Source: an uncultured delta proteobacterium | GTDB taxonomy: Bacteria > Bdellovibrionota > FAC87 > UBA2466 | Length of the DNA stretch: 64,000 bases | Reading direction: 5' to 3' | NCBI GenBank assembly: GCA_963778115.1 | Contig: CAVZSV010000004.1 | Span: forward strand, 1,344,001 to 1,408,000 | Shown here: positions 47,961 through 58,331 of the stretch, piece by piece | Layout: each line of letters opens with the position of its first letter | Position numbering within the stretch: position 1 is the first letter of the stretch | Translations under genes and position numbers: made by a program | Notes under the pieces: generated by a model | What the model saw: the letters and a program-made list of their open reading frames with translations, nothing else | What the model was told of the DNA's origin: nothing | Database searches by the model: none

Positions 47961-48159
47961 ATGCCGAAGATGAAAACAATATCCTCCGCGAAAAAGAGAT
48001 TTCGCGTTACTGGTAGTGGCAAGATTAAGCGGTCCAAAGCGTATCACAATCACTGCTTGGAACATAAATCGTCCGCCCAAGGTCGAACGTCTTCGTCAAA
48101 CCGCCATCGTTGATGCAAGTAACGAGCGTCAAATTAAACGCATGCTCCTTTTGGCTTAG
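47961..48159 (+). CDS. rpmI: 50S ribosomal protein L35, one +1 frameshift (~48087)
   Basis: [31 protein letters not shown]...; tail [23 protein letters not shown] in the shifted frame. Confidence 0.9.
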
Positions 48160-48195
48160 CCATTAGGCAGGATTTTTTAGTAAAGGTTTGTTGGT

Positions 48196-48552
48196 ATGCC
48201 TAGAGTTAAACGTGGTCCCGCGGGACGCAATAAACGCAAAAAGTTATTGGATCGGGCGGAAGGTTTCTATGGTAGCGCCCGTAAAACCGTCAAGGTAGCG
48301 CGTGAGTATACTCATCGCGCCGATCGTTATGCCTATCGTGATAGGAAAACGTTGAAGCGTGAAATGCGGTATCTTTGGCAAATCAGAATTAATGCTGCTT
48401 GCAGACTTCACAACCTGAGTTACTCAAAGTTTGTTTCTGGCCTAAAGAAAGCAAATATCGAATTGGACCGTAAAATTTTGGCGGATATTGCCGTCAGAAA
48501 TCCGGACCATTTCACTCGGCTTGTGGAGCTTGCGCAGCCACAGGCTGCATGA
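48196..48552 (+). CDS. rplT: 50S ribosomal protein L20
   Basis: [36 protein letters not shown]. Confidence 0.97.
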   Translation: MPRVKRGPAGRNKRKKLLDRAEGFYGSARKTVKVAREYTHRADRYAYRDRKTLKREMRYLWQIRINAACRLHNLSYSKFVSGLKKANIELDRKILADIAVRNPDHFTRLVELAQPQAA

Positions 48553-49574
48553 TCGAAAATATAGAACGCATTCGGGAAGAAGCCCGAAATCAAATCTCGT
48601 CGTGCCCGACCCCTCAGGATCTGGACAGGTTACGTGTCCATTATTTGGGGAAGAAAGGGCTCATCACCACTTTATTGCATCAGCTCAAAGATGTGGATCA
48701 GGGCAAACGCAAAGAGCTCGGAGCCATTCTCAATCAGGTCAAAACTGACTTTGAAAAAGATATCGACGTCCGGCAATCGGAATTGGAACGTGTGGTGGTC
48801 GAACGGGAAGTCGCCAAGACCGAGCCCATCGACGTTACCCTCTCCGGTCAGTACGCCATTGGAGTCGGCTCGCTCCATCCCGTCACGCGAATTACTCAGC
48901 AGCTGGTCTCCTGTTTGAGGAGGGTCGGTTACTCCATCGCCACGGGTCCTGAAGTCGAGACGGAATACTATAATTTTGAAGCGCTCAATACTCCTGCGGA
49001 TCATCCTGCCCGGGATCTCCAAGATACTTTTTACATTGCGCCCTCTATTCTTTTGAGGTCACATACTTCGCCGGTGCAGATTCGCACGATGAAGACGCGC
49101 ACTCCTCCTTTGGCCGTGATGGCGATCGGAAAGGTTTACCGCGCTGACTACGATGTCACCCACACCCCCATGTTTCATCAGATGGAAGGTCTTATGGTGG
49201 GAACCGATATCTCTCTGGCCGATCTGAAGGGAGTTCTCCACTACGTGGTCAAAAACCTTTTTGGCGCGCGCCCTCTTCGATTTCGTCCCAGTTTTTTCCC
49301 TTTCACGGAGCCAAGTGCCGAAGTTGATATGCAATGTTTCCAATGTAAGGGAAGCGGGAAGGATTGCCGCCTTTGCAAGAGCACCGGTTGGCTCGAGATT
49401 GGCGGATGCGGCATGGTCCATCCGAATGTCTTCAAAGCGGTAGAGTACGAAGCGGATCTTTATACCGGTTTTGCCTTTGGTTTGGGAATTGAACGAATCG
49501 CCATGTTGAAATACGGAATGGATGATTTGCGATCCCTTTATGAAAATGACTTAAGAATGTTGGAGCAGTTCTAG
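48549..49574 (+). CDS. pheS: Phenylalanine-tRNA ligase alpha subunit
   Basis: [44 protein letters not shown]. Confidence 0.97.
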   Translation: MIENIERIREEARNQISSCPTPQDLDRLRVHYLGKKGLITTLLHQLKDVDQGKRKELGAILNQVKTDFEKDIDVRQSELERVVVEREVAKTEPIDVTLSGQYAIGVGSLHPVTRITQQLVSCLRRVGYSIATGPEVETEYYNFEALNTPADHPARDLQDTFYIAPSILLRSHTSPVQIRTMKTRTPPLAVMAIGKVYRADYDVTHTPMFHQMEGLMVGTDISLADLKGVLHYVVKNLFGARPLRFRPSFFPFTEPSAEVDMQCFQCKGSGKDCRLCKSTGWLEIGGCGMVHPNVFKAVEYEADLYTGFAFGLGIERIAMLKYGMDDLRSLYENDLRMLEQF

Positions 49575-52010
49575 ATGTTGCTTTCCATAAACTGGCTACG
49601 AGACTATCTGCTTAAGTCAGACGTTAAGATCGATTCCAAAATTTTAGCCGACCAGATGACCATGCGCGGGCTCCAAGTGGCCTCCATTAAACGTCCCGCT
49701 TTTGGTTTAGAGAATGTCATTGTCGGCCGCATCGAAAAAATTGAAAAACATCCCAACGCCGATAGGCTTCAGATTACCCAAGTTATTTTTAAAGAGGGAG
49801 ATGCTCCCCATCAGATAGTCTGCGGAGCCAAGAATATTGTCGAAGGCGATATTGTTCCTGTGGCACTTCCCGGCGCTATTCTTCCCGGAGACCTCGAAAT
49901 CAAGATTTCAACTATTCGAGGAGTGGAATCTAGGGGAATGATCTGCTCCGCAAAGGAACTAGGCATTTCGGAAGAGTCCGAAGGCATTTTGCAGCTTCCT
50001 AAGCACGCCGTTTTGGGAGAATCCGTTATCCGGCTTTTGGGCGGACATACTTCCGACGACTCTATCTTAGAGTTTGAACTCACTCCGAATCGGGGCGACT
50101 GTTTGAGTGTCATTGGAATGGCGAGAGAAATAGCTCCCCTTTTAAAGACCAAATTAAGAGAGCCTAAGCCTCCCCGATTTCGCATCACTCCTCACCGAAC
50201 GTCTTCCATCATCAAAGTGGAAGTCGATGATCCCGCGTTATGCCCTAGGTATGTCGCGCGAGTGATCGATAATTTGAAAGTAGTGGAAAGTCCGGATTGG
50301 ATTAAACAGCGATTGCAGTCTGTCGGGATCCGCCCGATTAACAATATTGTCGATATCACCAACTTCGTAATGATCGAATACGGGCAGCCTCTTCACGCTT
50401 TCGATCTAAGAAAGATCGAATCGGGAACGATTCGAGTAGCCGCTTGCAAAGGGGAGCAGGATTTTGTGCTCCTCAACGGGGAAAAGGTAGCCCTTCAACA
50501 AGGCGACATCCTGATTCAAGACGGTGAACGGCCTATTGCCCTTGCTGGAATTATGGGAGGAGCCAACTCCCATATCGAAAACGACACGACATCCATTGTT
50601 CTGGAGTCGGCCCTCTTTCCTCCGGGACAGATCCGTAAGACCGCAAAACGGCTGGGACTTAGTACCGAAGCTTCCAAACGATTTGAGCGCGGAATCGATA
50701 TTGTCGCGGTAGCGTTGGCTAGCGATAGAGCCGCGGCTCTGCTTCAAGACAGCGTAAATGCCAATGTTTACCATCCTCCCATCGATACCGGTGAGGAAGG
50801 GTATCGGGAGCCCGTACTGGCCGTAGACATGCGAGAGGTGCGAAAGATTACAGGCCTTCGCTTAACTTCCGAAACAGTAGCCGATGCGTTGGAAGAGATC
50901 GGAATCACTTCCCACAAGAAGTCGACCAATATTCTTTCTGTCAGACTGCCCAGTTATCGTAACGATCTGGTCGAGAGCATCGACATTGTCGAAGAGGTGG
51001 CCCGGCTCATTGGATATGAATCCATTCCGCAAAATTATCCATTAGCGGAATCGGCGTTTGACCGTTTAGACGAAAGTGATTTTGAATTCGAGCATCGAGT
51101 TAAGAATCTAATGTCTCAATGGGGGCAGCACGAAACGATTCATTATAGTTTCGTTTCCGAGGAACTGCTCAAACGCTATGGTTCCTTAAAAGAAGATGCG
51201 GTGTTCTTGAAAAATCCGCTCAGTGAAGAGATGAAGGTACTTCGGACGAGCCTTCTTCCGTCACTTCTACAGACTTATCTCTATAATAAGAATCGGAAGA
51301 CGGCGGATCAGCGGCTTTTCGAGCTTTCTCATCTGTTTTTCAAAGACCCCGACGAAAAAGAAACTGGCATTCGTGAAATTCAACATCTAGCTGCTCTTTT
51401 TTCCGGAGGAGTTTCTTCACTCCATTGGAAAGGTAAACCTAAGGAAGTTGATTTCTACTTCGCCAAAGGTGTCGTCGAAATGTTGGTTCGCGAATTGACG
51501 ACAGTGTATCTGGCTTACGAGCCTCTAAAAAACCATCGCCTTTTTCATCCCGCAAGAAGCGCTGTACTTAAGTTGGGGGTTCGTGAGGTTGGCTATTTAG
51601 GAGAGGTTCACCCCTATATCCGAAAACAGCTTCTCGACACCCAGGAGCCCGTGGTCCTCTTTGAACTTAATCTAGACGCGCTTCGAAAATATGAACGCAG
51701 TGGGATTCGGTATAAATCGCCTTCGAAATTTCCGGCGGTAGAACTAGATCTCGCTTTCACCATGGACTTAAGTATCGCCTCCAATCTTTTTGTGGATTCA
51801 ATTCGCCATGCGGGAGGGTCGCTACTCTCTGACATTGCCATTTTCGATGTCTATCAGGGCGAGCATATCCCTGCTGGCAAAAAGAGTGTCGCTTTTCGTC
51901 TGTCTTTCCAATCTACCGAGCGCACGTTGAATGATGATGAAGTCGTTCAACTAAAAGATAAGATCATTAGCACAGTGAAAGATAAATTCTCCGCCGATTT
52001 GCGATCCTAA
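49575..52010 (+). CDS. pheT: Phenylalanine-tRNA ligase beta subunit
   Basis: HPNADRL, IVCGAKN, TPNRGDCLS, GQPLHAFD, RFERG, FDVYQG...GKKSVAF. Confidence 0.97.
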   Translation: MLLSINWLRDYLLKSDVKIDSKILADQMTMRGLQVASIKRPAFGLENVIVGRIEKIEKHPNADRLQITQVIFKEGDAPHQIVCGAKNIVEGDIVPVALPGAILPGDLEIKISTIRGVESRGMICSAKELGISEESEGILQLPKHAVLGESVIRLLGGHTSDDSILEFELTPNRGDCLSVIGMAREIAPLLKTKLREPKPPRFRITPHRTSSIIKVEVDDPALCPRYVARVIDNLKVVESPDWIKQRLQSVGIRPINNIVDITNFVMIEYGQPLHAFDLRKIESGTIRVAACKGEQDFVLLNGEKVALQQGDILIQDGERPIALAGIMGGANSHIENDTTSIVLESALFPPGQIRKTAKRLGLSTEASKRFERGIDIVAVALASDRAAALLQDSVNANVYHPPIDTGEEGYREPVLAVDMREVRKITGLRLTSETVADALEEIGITSHKKSTNILSVRLPSYRNDLVESIDIVEEVARLIGYESIPQNYPLAESAFDRLDESDFEFEHRVKNLMSQWGQHETIHYSFVSEELLKRYGSLKEDAVFLKNPLSEEMKVLRTSLLPSLLQTYLYNKNRKTADQRLFELSHLFFKDPDEKETGIREIQHLAALFSGGVSSLHWKGKPKEVDFYFAKGVVEMLVRELTTVYLAYEPLKNHRLFHPARSAVLKLGVREVGYLGEVHPYIRKQLLDTQEPVVLFELNLDALRKYERSGIRYKSPSKFPAVELDLAFTMDLSIASNLFVDSIRHAGGSLLSDIAIFDVYQGEHIPAGKKSVAFRLSFQSTERTLNDDEVVQLKDKIISTVKDKFSADLRS

Positions 52011-52021
52011 CGCTCCTCCCT

Positions 52022-52069
52022 AACGACAATGCGTCGCGTTGACTGACGTAGGAACGCGATGTTGTTGTT
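52022..52069 (+). terminator. Imperfect hairpin after pheT
   Basis: AACGACAATGCGTCGCGTT...AACGCGATGTTGTTGTT (G-U rich pairing). Confidence 0.4.
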
Positions 52070-52139
52070 TCGACTCGATTTTTCTATAATACAGTCTCGA
52101 GCAGCCTAACCAAGCATCACGAAAATCCTGGGAGCCAAC

Positions 52140-52850
52140 ATGAAGAACGAATCCAACTATGAATTGCCGTCACCTGGGGAAAAATTGTCGTACAAATTTA
52201 TCATGGATGCGATGAAAGATAGGCTCGCTCGCCGCGCAGAAAATTTGAATTCACCTTGCGAATCTCAAGCGGCTCCCGAGATGCCCATGCAAAGTGAAGA
52301 GCCAAATGAGATTTTATCGACGGAACCAGACGCTCAACAGATCCAGGACGAAGTTTGCGGAACTCAAGCCGATCCCATCGTCTCGGCCGGCAGCCAGATC
52401 GAGATTCCAGATTTAGGAATAGCTCCTCAAGAATTAGCTGAAGCTAAAGTCGACCAACCCATCACGATGCCGGAACTGAATCTCCCTCAAGACAAAAAGT
52501 ATTTCCGGATCGGTGAAGTCTCCGAAATTGTCGGAGTAGAACCTTACGTTCTGCGTTACTGGGAGAATGAATTTTCCACTGTCCGTCCGACTAAATCCAA
52601 AAGTGGGCAGCGAGTCTACGCTCGCAAGGACGTCGAGAGCCTCTACTACATCCGCCATCTGCTTCACGTCGAAAAGTTCAGCATTAAAGGAGCTAAAAAG
52701 AAATTACTTGAAATTCGTCGACAAAATACTCGCGTCCAACATGCCCCATTGACTCAAAAACGAGAGCAGAACTTAAAACAGATGATTCACGAACTCAAAG
52801 AACTTATCCACATGGTGCGAACTGACCCTGGCTTGAGCGAAGAATACTAA
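52140..52850 (+). CDS. MerR-family HTH regulator with long acidic N-terminal extension
   Basis: KKYFRIGEVSEIVGVEPYVLRYWENEF..VRP.K...GQRVY; the conserved pheT-downstream MerR type. Confidence 0.9.
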   Translation: MKNESNYELPSPGEKLSYKFIMDAMKDRLARRAENLNSPCESQAAPEMPMQSEEPNEILSTEPDAQQIQDEVCGTQADPIVSAGSQIEIPDLGIAPQELAEAKVDQPITMPELNLPQDKKYFRIGEVSEIVGVEPYVLRYWENEFSTVRPTKSKSGQRVYARKDVESLYYIRHLLHVEKFSIKGAKKKLLEIRRQNTRVQHAPLTQKREQNLKQMIHELKELIHMVRTDPGLSEEY

Positions 52851-52903
52851 GAGTCAACGCACTGCTCCTCGACTTTGCGTTTAGCTTCCTTATGGTAGGT
52901 GTC

Positions 52904-53794
52904 ATGAGTACGACAACGACACCACAACCTTTGAAGAATATTTCTGACACGGCACGCATGGTGGCCTTGTTACGAGCCATGGAAAGTGAAAGGCCGGACG
53001 CCCACTTCCATGATCCTTTGGCGCGTGAATTAGCCGACGATAAGTCGAACGCCTTGCTCAATATGCTACAGACCAGCCGCCGCTTCGACGAGCGGATCAT
53101 GGCGGTAAGAACCCAAGTGCTAGACGATCTCATTTTAGAAGAAGTCGGAAACGGAGTTGATTGCGTCGTTAATTTAGCTAGTGGCCTCGACACTCGCCCT
53201 TTTCGGCTGAATCTTCCGGCAGATCTGCTTTGGGTGGAAGTCGATCTTCCTGACATTCTCACTTACAAAGAAAGTAAGTTAACGAAAGTCTCTCCGAAGT
53301 GCCGGTGGGAAGTGGTTAAGTTAGATCTTCGCGAAAGAGACAAACGACGGGCACTTTTCCGAAGAATCAATGAACAGAGCAAACGCGTTTTAGTCCTTTC
53401 CGAAGGGATTCTCATGTATCTGCAGGCCGAGGAAGTAGCTCGTCTAGCGCAGGATCTGGCGGAGCAATCCCAATTTTCTCTTTGGTTAGCGGATTTGCTC
53501 TCTCCCCGGGAACTCAAAGTTATTCATCGAAAGTGGGGCAAAGAGTTTAAAGCCGCCAATGCGTTCCCCCCTTTCGCCCCGGAAGAGGGAGCTGAGTTTT
53601 TCTCTCCTTATGGGTGGAGTTCGGTACAGGAGAAATCTTTTATCGCCGAAGCATATCGCTTGAACCGTGAGAACGGATTTGCTCGAATGGTCCGCTGGTT
53701 TTCCCCGATACTACCCGGTTCTATTCGCCGGGAACTCACGCGCCGATATGGTTGCGTCCTGTTGAACCGAGCGAAAAGTTCCCTCTCTTGCTAA
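52904..53794 (+). CDS. SAM-dependent methyltransferase (leucine carboxyl methyltransferase-like)
   Basis: TA..VA..RA.ES, F.DPLA..LA, VRT..LDD, VVNLASGLDTRP.RL, EVDLP, SEGILMYL. Confidence 0.9.
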   Translation: MSTTTTPQPLKNISDTARMVALLRAMESERPDAHFHDPLARELADDKSNALLNMLQTSRRFDERIMAVRTQVLDDLILEEVGNGVDCVVNLASGLDTRPFRLNLPADLLWVEVDLPDILTYKESKLTKVSPKCRWEVVKLDLRERDKRRALFRRINEQSKRVLVLSEGILMYLQAEEVARLAQDLAEQSQFSLWLADLLSPRELKVIHRKWGKEFKAANAFPPFAPEEGAEFFSPYGWSSVQEKSFIAEAYRLNRENGFARMVRWFSPILPGSIRRELTRRYGCVLLNRAKSSLSC

Positions 53795-54133
53795 TCCCTA
53801 TTTAGAGTCTAGCGCTTTTAGCGCGGCCAGCGCTTCTTCGAATCCCTCCTGGCGTTTTGATCCTCGAATATTCCTTCAGCAGGTCCGTGGACCGGTCCAC
53901 ACACGCGACGTAAACCAGAGTAATCCGGTCTTCTCGCTTTTGGATAAGTGCCAGATGGTAGGTGGAAGAACAATCGAGGCATTGTCAGCCCATTTTAGCA
54001 CCCTCCTTAAGGACGTCTGGGTGTGACCAATTTGCCCAGGAAGGGCTGATCAAAAGAGTCCCTAATTTACATAACGAAAAGATGGTAATGGAACGCCAAG
54101 TCATGATAATAAGCCCCAACTCGGTATCCTAAT

Positions 54134-54553
54134 ATGGAGGCGGAAGTAGTGAAACGATTACAAATGGTTATTCTAGTTGGCTTGTTGACGGGAAACGCCC
54201 TTTGGGCGGCTGTCATGGAGTTTGAATATAAACAGGCGCCCGTTCGCGATATTTCCGAAGCGGATAGCCGAAAGTATTTGGCGTTTTACCAAATCTATTC
54301 CGCATTAAAAGCAAACGGATGCACCCACATCGATATCGAAACCAAGATCGATAAGTATCCTTTCGCGGGAGTGACGAGCAAACATGAAGATCTAGGATGT
54401 TCGTTTAAGGTTCGAGCCGAATGTTCTCAGATAAACGACATCACCGTGGAAAATGCCCCACGTAGCGAAAGGTTTCACACGAAGATAATCTTAAGCCTTC
54501 CAGGACAGAAGGTGGTCACAATCTGTCCCGAGACTTACCAAAAGGGAAAGTAA
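54134..54553 (+). CDS. Secreted hypothetical protein
   Basis: 139-aa ORF with signal peptide; start may be GTG 54149. Confidence 0.65.
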   Translation: MEAEVVKRLQMVILVGLLTGNALWAAVMEFEYKQAPVRDISEADSRKYLAFYQIYSALKANGCTHIDIETKIDKYPFAGVTSKHEDLGCSFKVRAECSQINDITVENAPRSERFHTKIILSLPGQKVVTICPETYQKGK

Positions 54554-54559
54554 ATCCCC

Positions 54560-54946
54560 TTATTGAAACGAAAGCGACGTTATCAATGCGGAATTGGAAT
54601 CGTCGACGGTATAACAGATAGGCTTCTGGTTTACATAGGAAGCCGTAAGAAGTGTCACCCAAGCATAAGGGGCGGGAGCGACGTAGACGAGACCGCCTGA
54701 TTTATTTTCAGTCCATGCCGGGTTATAGGTAAAACTGGCTCCTCCCGAAAGCGAGAAAAGAATAGTTCCCGTATCATCGGCATCACTGGATTGATCCACT
54801 TCGAGTGTTTTTACATATCCGCCGTCGCATACGGGGGTAGCGTGAGTTGCTTTTCTTAAAGCAGGGTTCGCCGTGCCGGCAAAAACAATCTGGCAATAAA
54901 GCAGTCCCACTAGGATTTGGCTGATTAGGAAAAAACTGACTTTCAT
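54560..54946 (-). CDS. Secreted hypothetical protein
   Basis: 128-aa ORF, AGGGGG SD, signal peptide ending VFA. Confidence 0.7.
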   Translation of the reverse strand: MKVSFFLISQILVGLLYCQIVFAGTANPALRKATHATPVCDGGYVKTLEVDQSSDADDTGTILFSLSGGASFTYNPAWTENKSGGLVYVAPAPYAWVTLLTASYVNQKPICYTVDDSNSALITSLSFQ

Positions 54947-55075
54947 CGTTACCCCCTTTGCTTGGGGTAAAGCAAAAGCTGTTCCAACTCAACCAGGCCG
55001 GAGGGAGAGGTTGGAACGGCGCGCACCAGTAAGACTAGGTAAAAAAGGAGGGGCATTTTGTCCCCAGCCACTCTT

Positions 55076-56407
55076 TCAGGGAATCAAAGGGTTAATCTGG
55101 CTCTCCAGATCTTCTTTTATCGTTGGCGTATACCCATGAAAAATCTTCTGAATGACGCCTTTCGTATCTAACACCATGAAGGTGGGAAAGCTTTGGACTT
55201 GATAGGTTTGGTAAACACTCTGAGCACTCATGCTGGTGTAATTGGAGTTAAGGATGGATTCTACCTGCTGCGCCGCTTTGATATCGTTATCGACGTTCAT
55301 TCCGATAGTCGTGAACGCTTCATGAGCGTATTGATTATTAAGCTCCACCAGACGAGGCATCGCAAGCATGCACCATTCACAGCTCGCAAACCAGAAATCG
55401 AGTACTACCACTTGTCCTTGATAGTCAGAGAGCGAATGTTGAACCCCTGAAAAATCCTTTAGCGTCCAAGCGGGTGCCGCTTTTCCCAATAGAGTAGCGT
55501 CCGCTTTCAACATCGCAATGATTTGATTCGCAAGATCGTCGTGTCCCTCAATCATGGTATCAATGGGGGTCTTGAATTGCGCATCGGTCAGTTTGCCGCT
55601 GGCATCGGTAAGTACCTGCTTCGCTTGAGCCAACACTTGAGCAGCGGTGCTCAGATCGTTCATCGCTACATTTTGCAGATGGCTATATTGATCTATCGCT
55701 GAAAAATAGAGGGAGCTATTGGTGGCAAGATCAGAAAGTGTAGTGGCGTCTAGTTTCGAAACTCCCGTGAGACTTCGATTGACCACATATTCAGTTCCAT
55801 TCCCGCCCGCATTATTTACGCTCGATGGGATAGCACCTTTCGTAAGATCGAGAGTGTACGTCGTTGTCGAAGTATCTCCGGTAACTTTCGAAATAGGGCT
55901 CATATCCGACGACTGAATCACCGTCGAAGTCGCATTTGATTGAGCTGCCTGTAATGTGTAGGTAGTCGTCACTTCTAGTCTAGGATCCGAATCCTGCCAT
56001 TGAGTCTCATCGGCAGCTGGAAGTCTGGGAAATAAAAGTGCTGGGGTGAAAGTAATGTCCGCATTGGGAGATACGGTAAATCTACCATCCGAAAAGACGG
56101 TGGCCGACTCGAGACTGGATTGTGTCCCGGCCAACGTCTGAGTTCCATCAGCGTTCACCGTATAGATGGAGTCTTGCTCCGAAACGACGATGTTCCAGCT
56201 GTCCGCTGTGGGCGCTTCAATGACCCAAACCTTCCAATTCCCTGTTCCCGTTTGGGATAATTTACCCTGAGTCGTCGTTTTCTCGGTACTAGAAAAGTCT
56301 AGCTCCTGCCCTACCTGTAGTTGATATCGGGGCGGCGCAGCGAAAATAGTTGAGCCGAATAAGAAGATGGAGATCGAGAGGCCAAGGAACCGAGAAGAGT
56401 TTTTCAT
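55076..56407 (-). CDS. Secreted protein with C-terminal TlpA/redoxin domain
   Basis: GKAAPAWTLKD, VVVLDFWFASCEWC..AMP, YQVQSFPTFMVLD. Confidence 0.85.
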   Translation of the reverse strand: MKNSSRFLGLSISIFLFGSTIFAAPPRYQLQVGQELDFSSTEKTTTQGKLSQTGTGNWKVWVIEAPTADSWNIVVSEQDSIYTVNADGTQTLAGTQSSLESATVFSDGRFTVSPNADITFTPALLFPRLPAADETQWQDSDPRLEVTTTYTLQAAQSNATSTVIQSSDMSPISKVTGDTSTTTYTLDLTKGAIPSSVNNAGGNGTEYVVNRSLTGVSKLDATTLSDLATNSSLYFSAIDQYSHLQNVAMNDLSTAAQVLAQAKQVLTDASGKLTDAQFKTPIDTMIEGHDDLANQIIAMLKADATLLGKAAPAWTLKDFSGVQHSLSDYQGQVVVLDFWFASCEWCMLAMPRLVELNNQYAHEAFTTIGMNVDNDIKAAQQVESILNSNYTSMSAQSVYQTYQVQSFPTFMVLDTKGVIQKIFHGYTPTIKEDLESQINPLIP

Positions 56408-56475
56408 GAGCTAATTGTAGCCAAAACAAGCTGTGAGTCTCCAAATTTAAAAGACGCGAAGGGTCACTAGAACAG

Positions 56476-56531
56476 AAAGGTACGGCCTACCTTCTTGTAG
56501 CCCGAACTACGCAAAGATAGGCCGTACCTTT
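56476..56531. repeat. Inverted pair of the REP-like unit seen at 14433
   Basis: AAAGGTACGGCCTACCTTCTTGTAG-CCCGAA-CTACGCAAAGATAGGCCGTACCTTT. Confidence 0.85.
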
Positions 56532-56536
56532 TTTAG

Positions 56537-57106
56537 CTAATCAGACAATCCTGAACCCGTTGTGGTGATCTTGCGGTCCAGGCGGATGCCGAACATCCAT
56601 GTGGAAAAACCGTTCGCGGCGGGCATGAAAAGATGACTCGCCGTAAAGCTTGCGCGATATCCAGAGATCATAATGAGACCCAGCGCGACTTGAGGCTGGA
56701 TCGTCACACTCTGGCCACTCTGGAGGTAACGGCCGACGTTGCCGAAGCCATACCCTAGCAGACAGTTAAAATCATAGGAGATGGTTCTGAAATAGTTTCC
56801 ATCGAACCCGATGCTCAAGCCAGCGTAGGTAAGGTTGTCCTGACCAATAGTACCCCCGCGATCAGTTCCCGAGTGCGCTTCAAGTCCCAGGTACGCTGGC
56901 GAATTTTGAAAATATCCGACATCACGAAAGCCTAAGAGGACTCCGTACTCTCCTGAATTTCCATTTTGAAGGCGATCCGCTGAAATGCCCCATTTGGATC
57001 GGTCACCAAAAATATCGTCCGCTTGGCTGGTGCTGCTCACCATCGCGAAGACGCTAATGACTAGGACAAACGCCGTAACTAAGATCGAATTTCGACTGCG
57101 GTTCAT
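56537..57106 (-). CDS. Probable small outer-membrane beta-barrel protein
   Basis: Signal peptide; alternating aromatic/Gly strands. Confidence 0.6.
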   Translation of the reverse strand: MNRSRNSILVTAFVLVISVFAMVSSTSQADDIFGDRSKWGISADRLQNGNSGEYGVLLGFRDVGYFQNSPAYLGLEAHSGTDRGGTIGQDNLTYAGLSIGFDGNYFRTISYDFNCLLGYGFGNVGRYLQSGQSVTIQPQVALGLIMISGYRASFTASHLFMPAANGFSTWMFGIRLDRKITTTGSGLSD

Positions 57107-57354
57107 GATTCCCCCTATCCCCGTAACAGTTTCGTCCTCCTAGAGTTTGCAAAGGGCGTGCTCACCTGTTTTCACGCAGGTTAAGGACTTAGCGGTGTAT
57201 TCCTTGTGGGGACTGGAAAATCAAAAATTCACTGTCCGTTTATTAGACAGTTCTTTACTCAGCCCATTCAATACTTAGCTCGGTTTTTGACGAAGATTCG
57301 CACGATGAATTCTGATTGTTTACATTCGAACCCCCGGTGTGGCAGCCTCGCCCC

Positions 57355-58323
57355 ATGAGAGCTGTCGTTGTGAAAAAGCCGGGTTCCCCAGAGGTCCTAA
57401 CCCTTACGGAACTCCCTTTGCCCGAACCGCCTCAAGGCTGCGTTCGGATTCGGGTGAAGGGGTTTGGACTCAATCGGGCGGAACTTTTTACTCGCCAAGG
57501 CCACTCGCCCGGGGTGGAATTTCCTCGAGTCTTGGGAATCGAATGCGTGGGAGTCATCGATAAAGATCCTTCTCTCACCTATAAGAAGGACCAACAGGTA
57601 GCGGCTATCATGGGAGGAATGGGTAGAAAATTTGACGGATCGTACGCCGAATACACCGTCGTTCCAGTCCATTGTGTGATTCCCTTTCAAAGTAAGCTTG
57701 CTTGGACTGTACTGGCAGCACTTCCGGAGATGTTTCATACCACCCAAGGCGCCTTGGCCGAGAGTTTGGAACTTAAGAAAGGAGATGTGCTTCTTATCAG
57801 AGGGGCAACTTCCTCCATAGGCCTGCTTGCTATCCGACTTGCCAAGAAAATGGGCGCTTACGTGATCTCCACGAGCCGAAATCAGGAACGGTTCGATTTC
57901 TTGCGGCGGCAAGGAGCCGATGAAGTGTTATTGGAGAGCGGGAAGATAGCGGTCGATCTAAGAAAAAGATTCTCCAAAGGCGTTAATAAAATCTTAGAAT
58001 TGATCGGAGCCACTACCCTTTTGGATTCCTTGCAGTGTGCTTCGCCGGGTGGAATCGTTTCCATGGTGGGCATACTCGGAGGTAAGTGGGCATTGGATCA
58101 TTTCGAACCAATGAAAGATATTCCCCATCTGGTGAAACTAACCATCTATACGACGGATTCCATCACCCCTTCGCCCCAAGCCTTTCAGGAGTTCATTAAA
58201 CAGATCGAGGAAAAAACGTTGGAAGCAGGTCCTGCACGGGTTTTTCCTTTGGACGAGATCGTAGCAGCCCATCAACTAATGGAAGCTAACGAAGCCAAAG
58301 GGAAATTAGTGGTTGCCTTGTGA
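57355..58323 (+). CDS. MDR-family (zinc-binding ADH/quinone oxidoreductase-like) oxidoreductase
   Basis: MRAVV, GLNRAE..RQG, LGIECVG, IRGATSSIG, AH..ME...AKGKLVV. Confidence 0.9.
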   Translation: MRAVVVKKPGSPEVLTLTELPLPEPPQGCVRIRVKGFGLNRAELFTRQGHSPGVEFPRVLGIECVGVIDKDPSLTYKKDQQVAAIMGGMGRKFDGSYAEYTVVPVHCVIPFQSKLAWTVLAALPEMFHTTQGALAESLELKKGDVLLIRGATSSIGLLAIRLAKKMGAYVISTSRNQERFDFLRRQGADEVLLESGKIAVDLRKRFSKGVNKILELIGATTLLDSLQCASPGGIVSMVGILGGKWALDHFEPMKDIPHLVKLTIYTTDSITPSPQAFQEFIKQIEEKTLEAGPARVFPLDEIVAAHQLMEANEAKGKLVVAL

Positions 58324-58331
58324 GGGTGTTT

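Noticed and set aside
45720..48095. Programmed ribosomal frameshifting in thrS/infC/rpmI
   Set aside because: Mixed +1/-1 directions, no shared slippery sequence or stimulator; not known for these genes
26618..52752. Numerous antisense or alternate-frame ORFs of 60-170 aa
   Set aside because: They lie within well-supported genes and lack motifs; shadow ORFs
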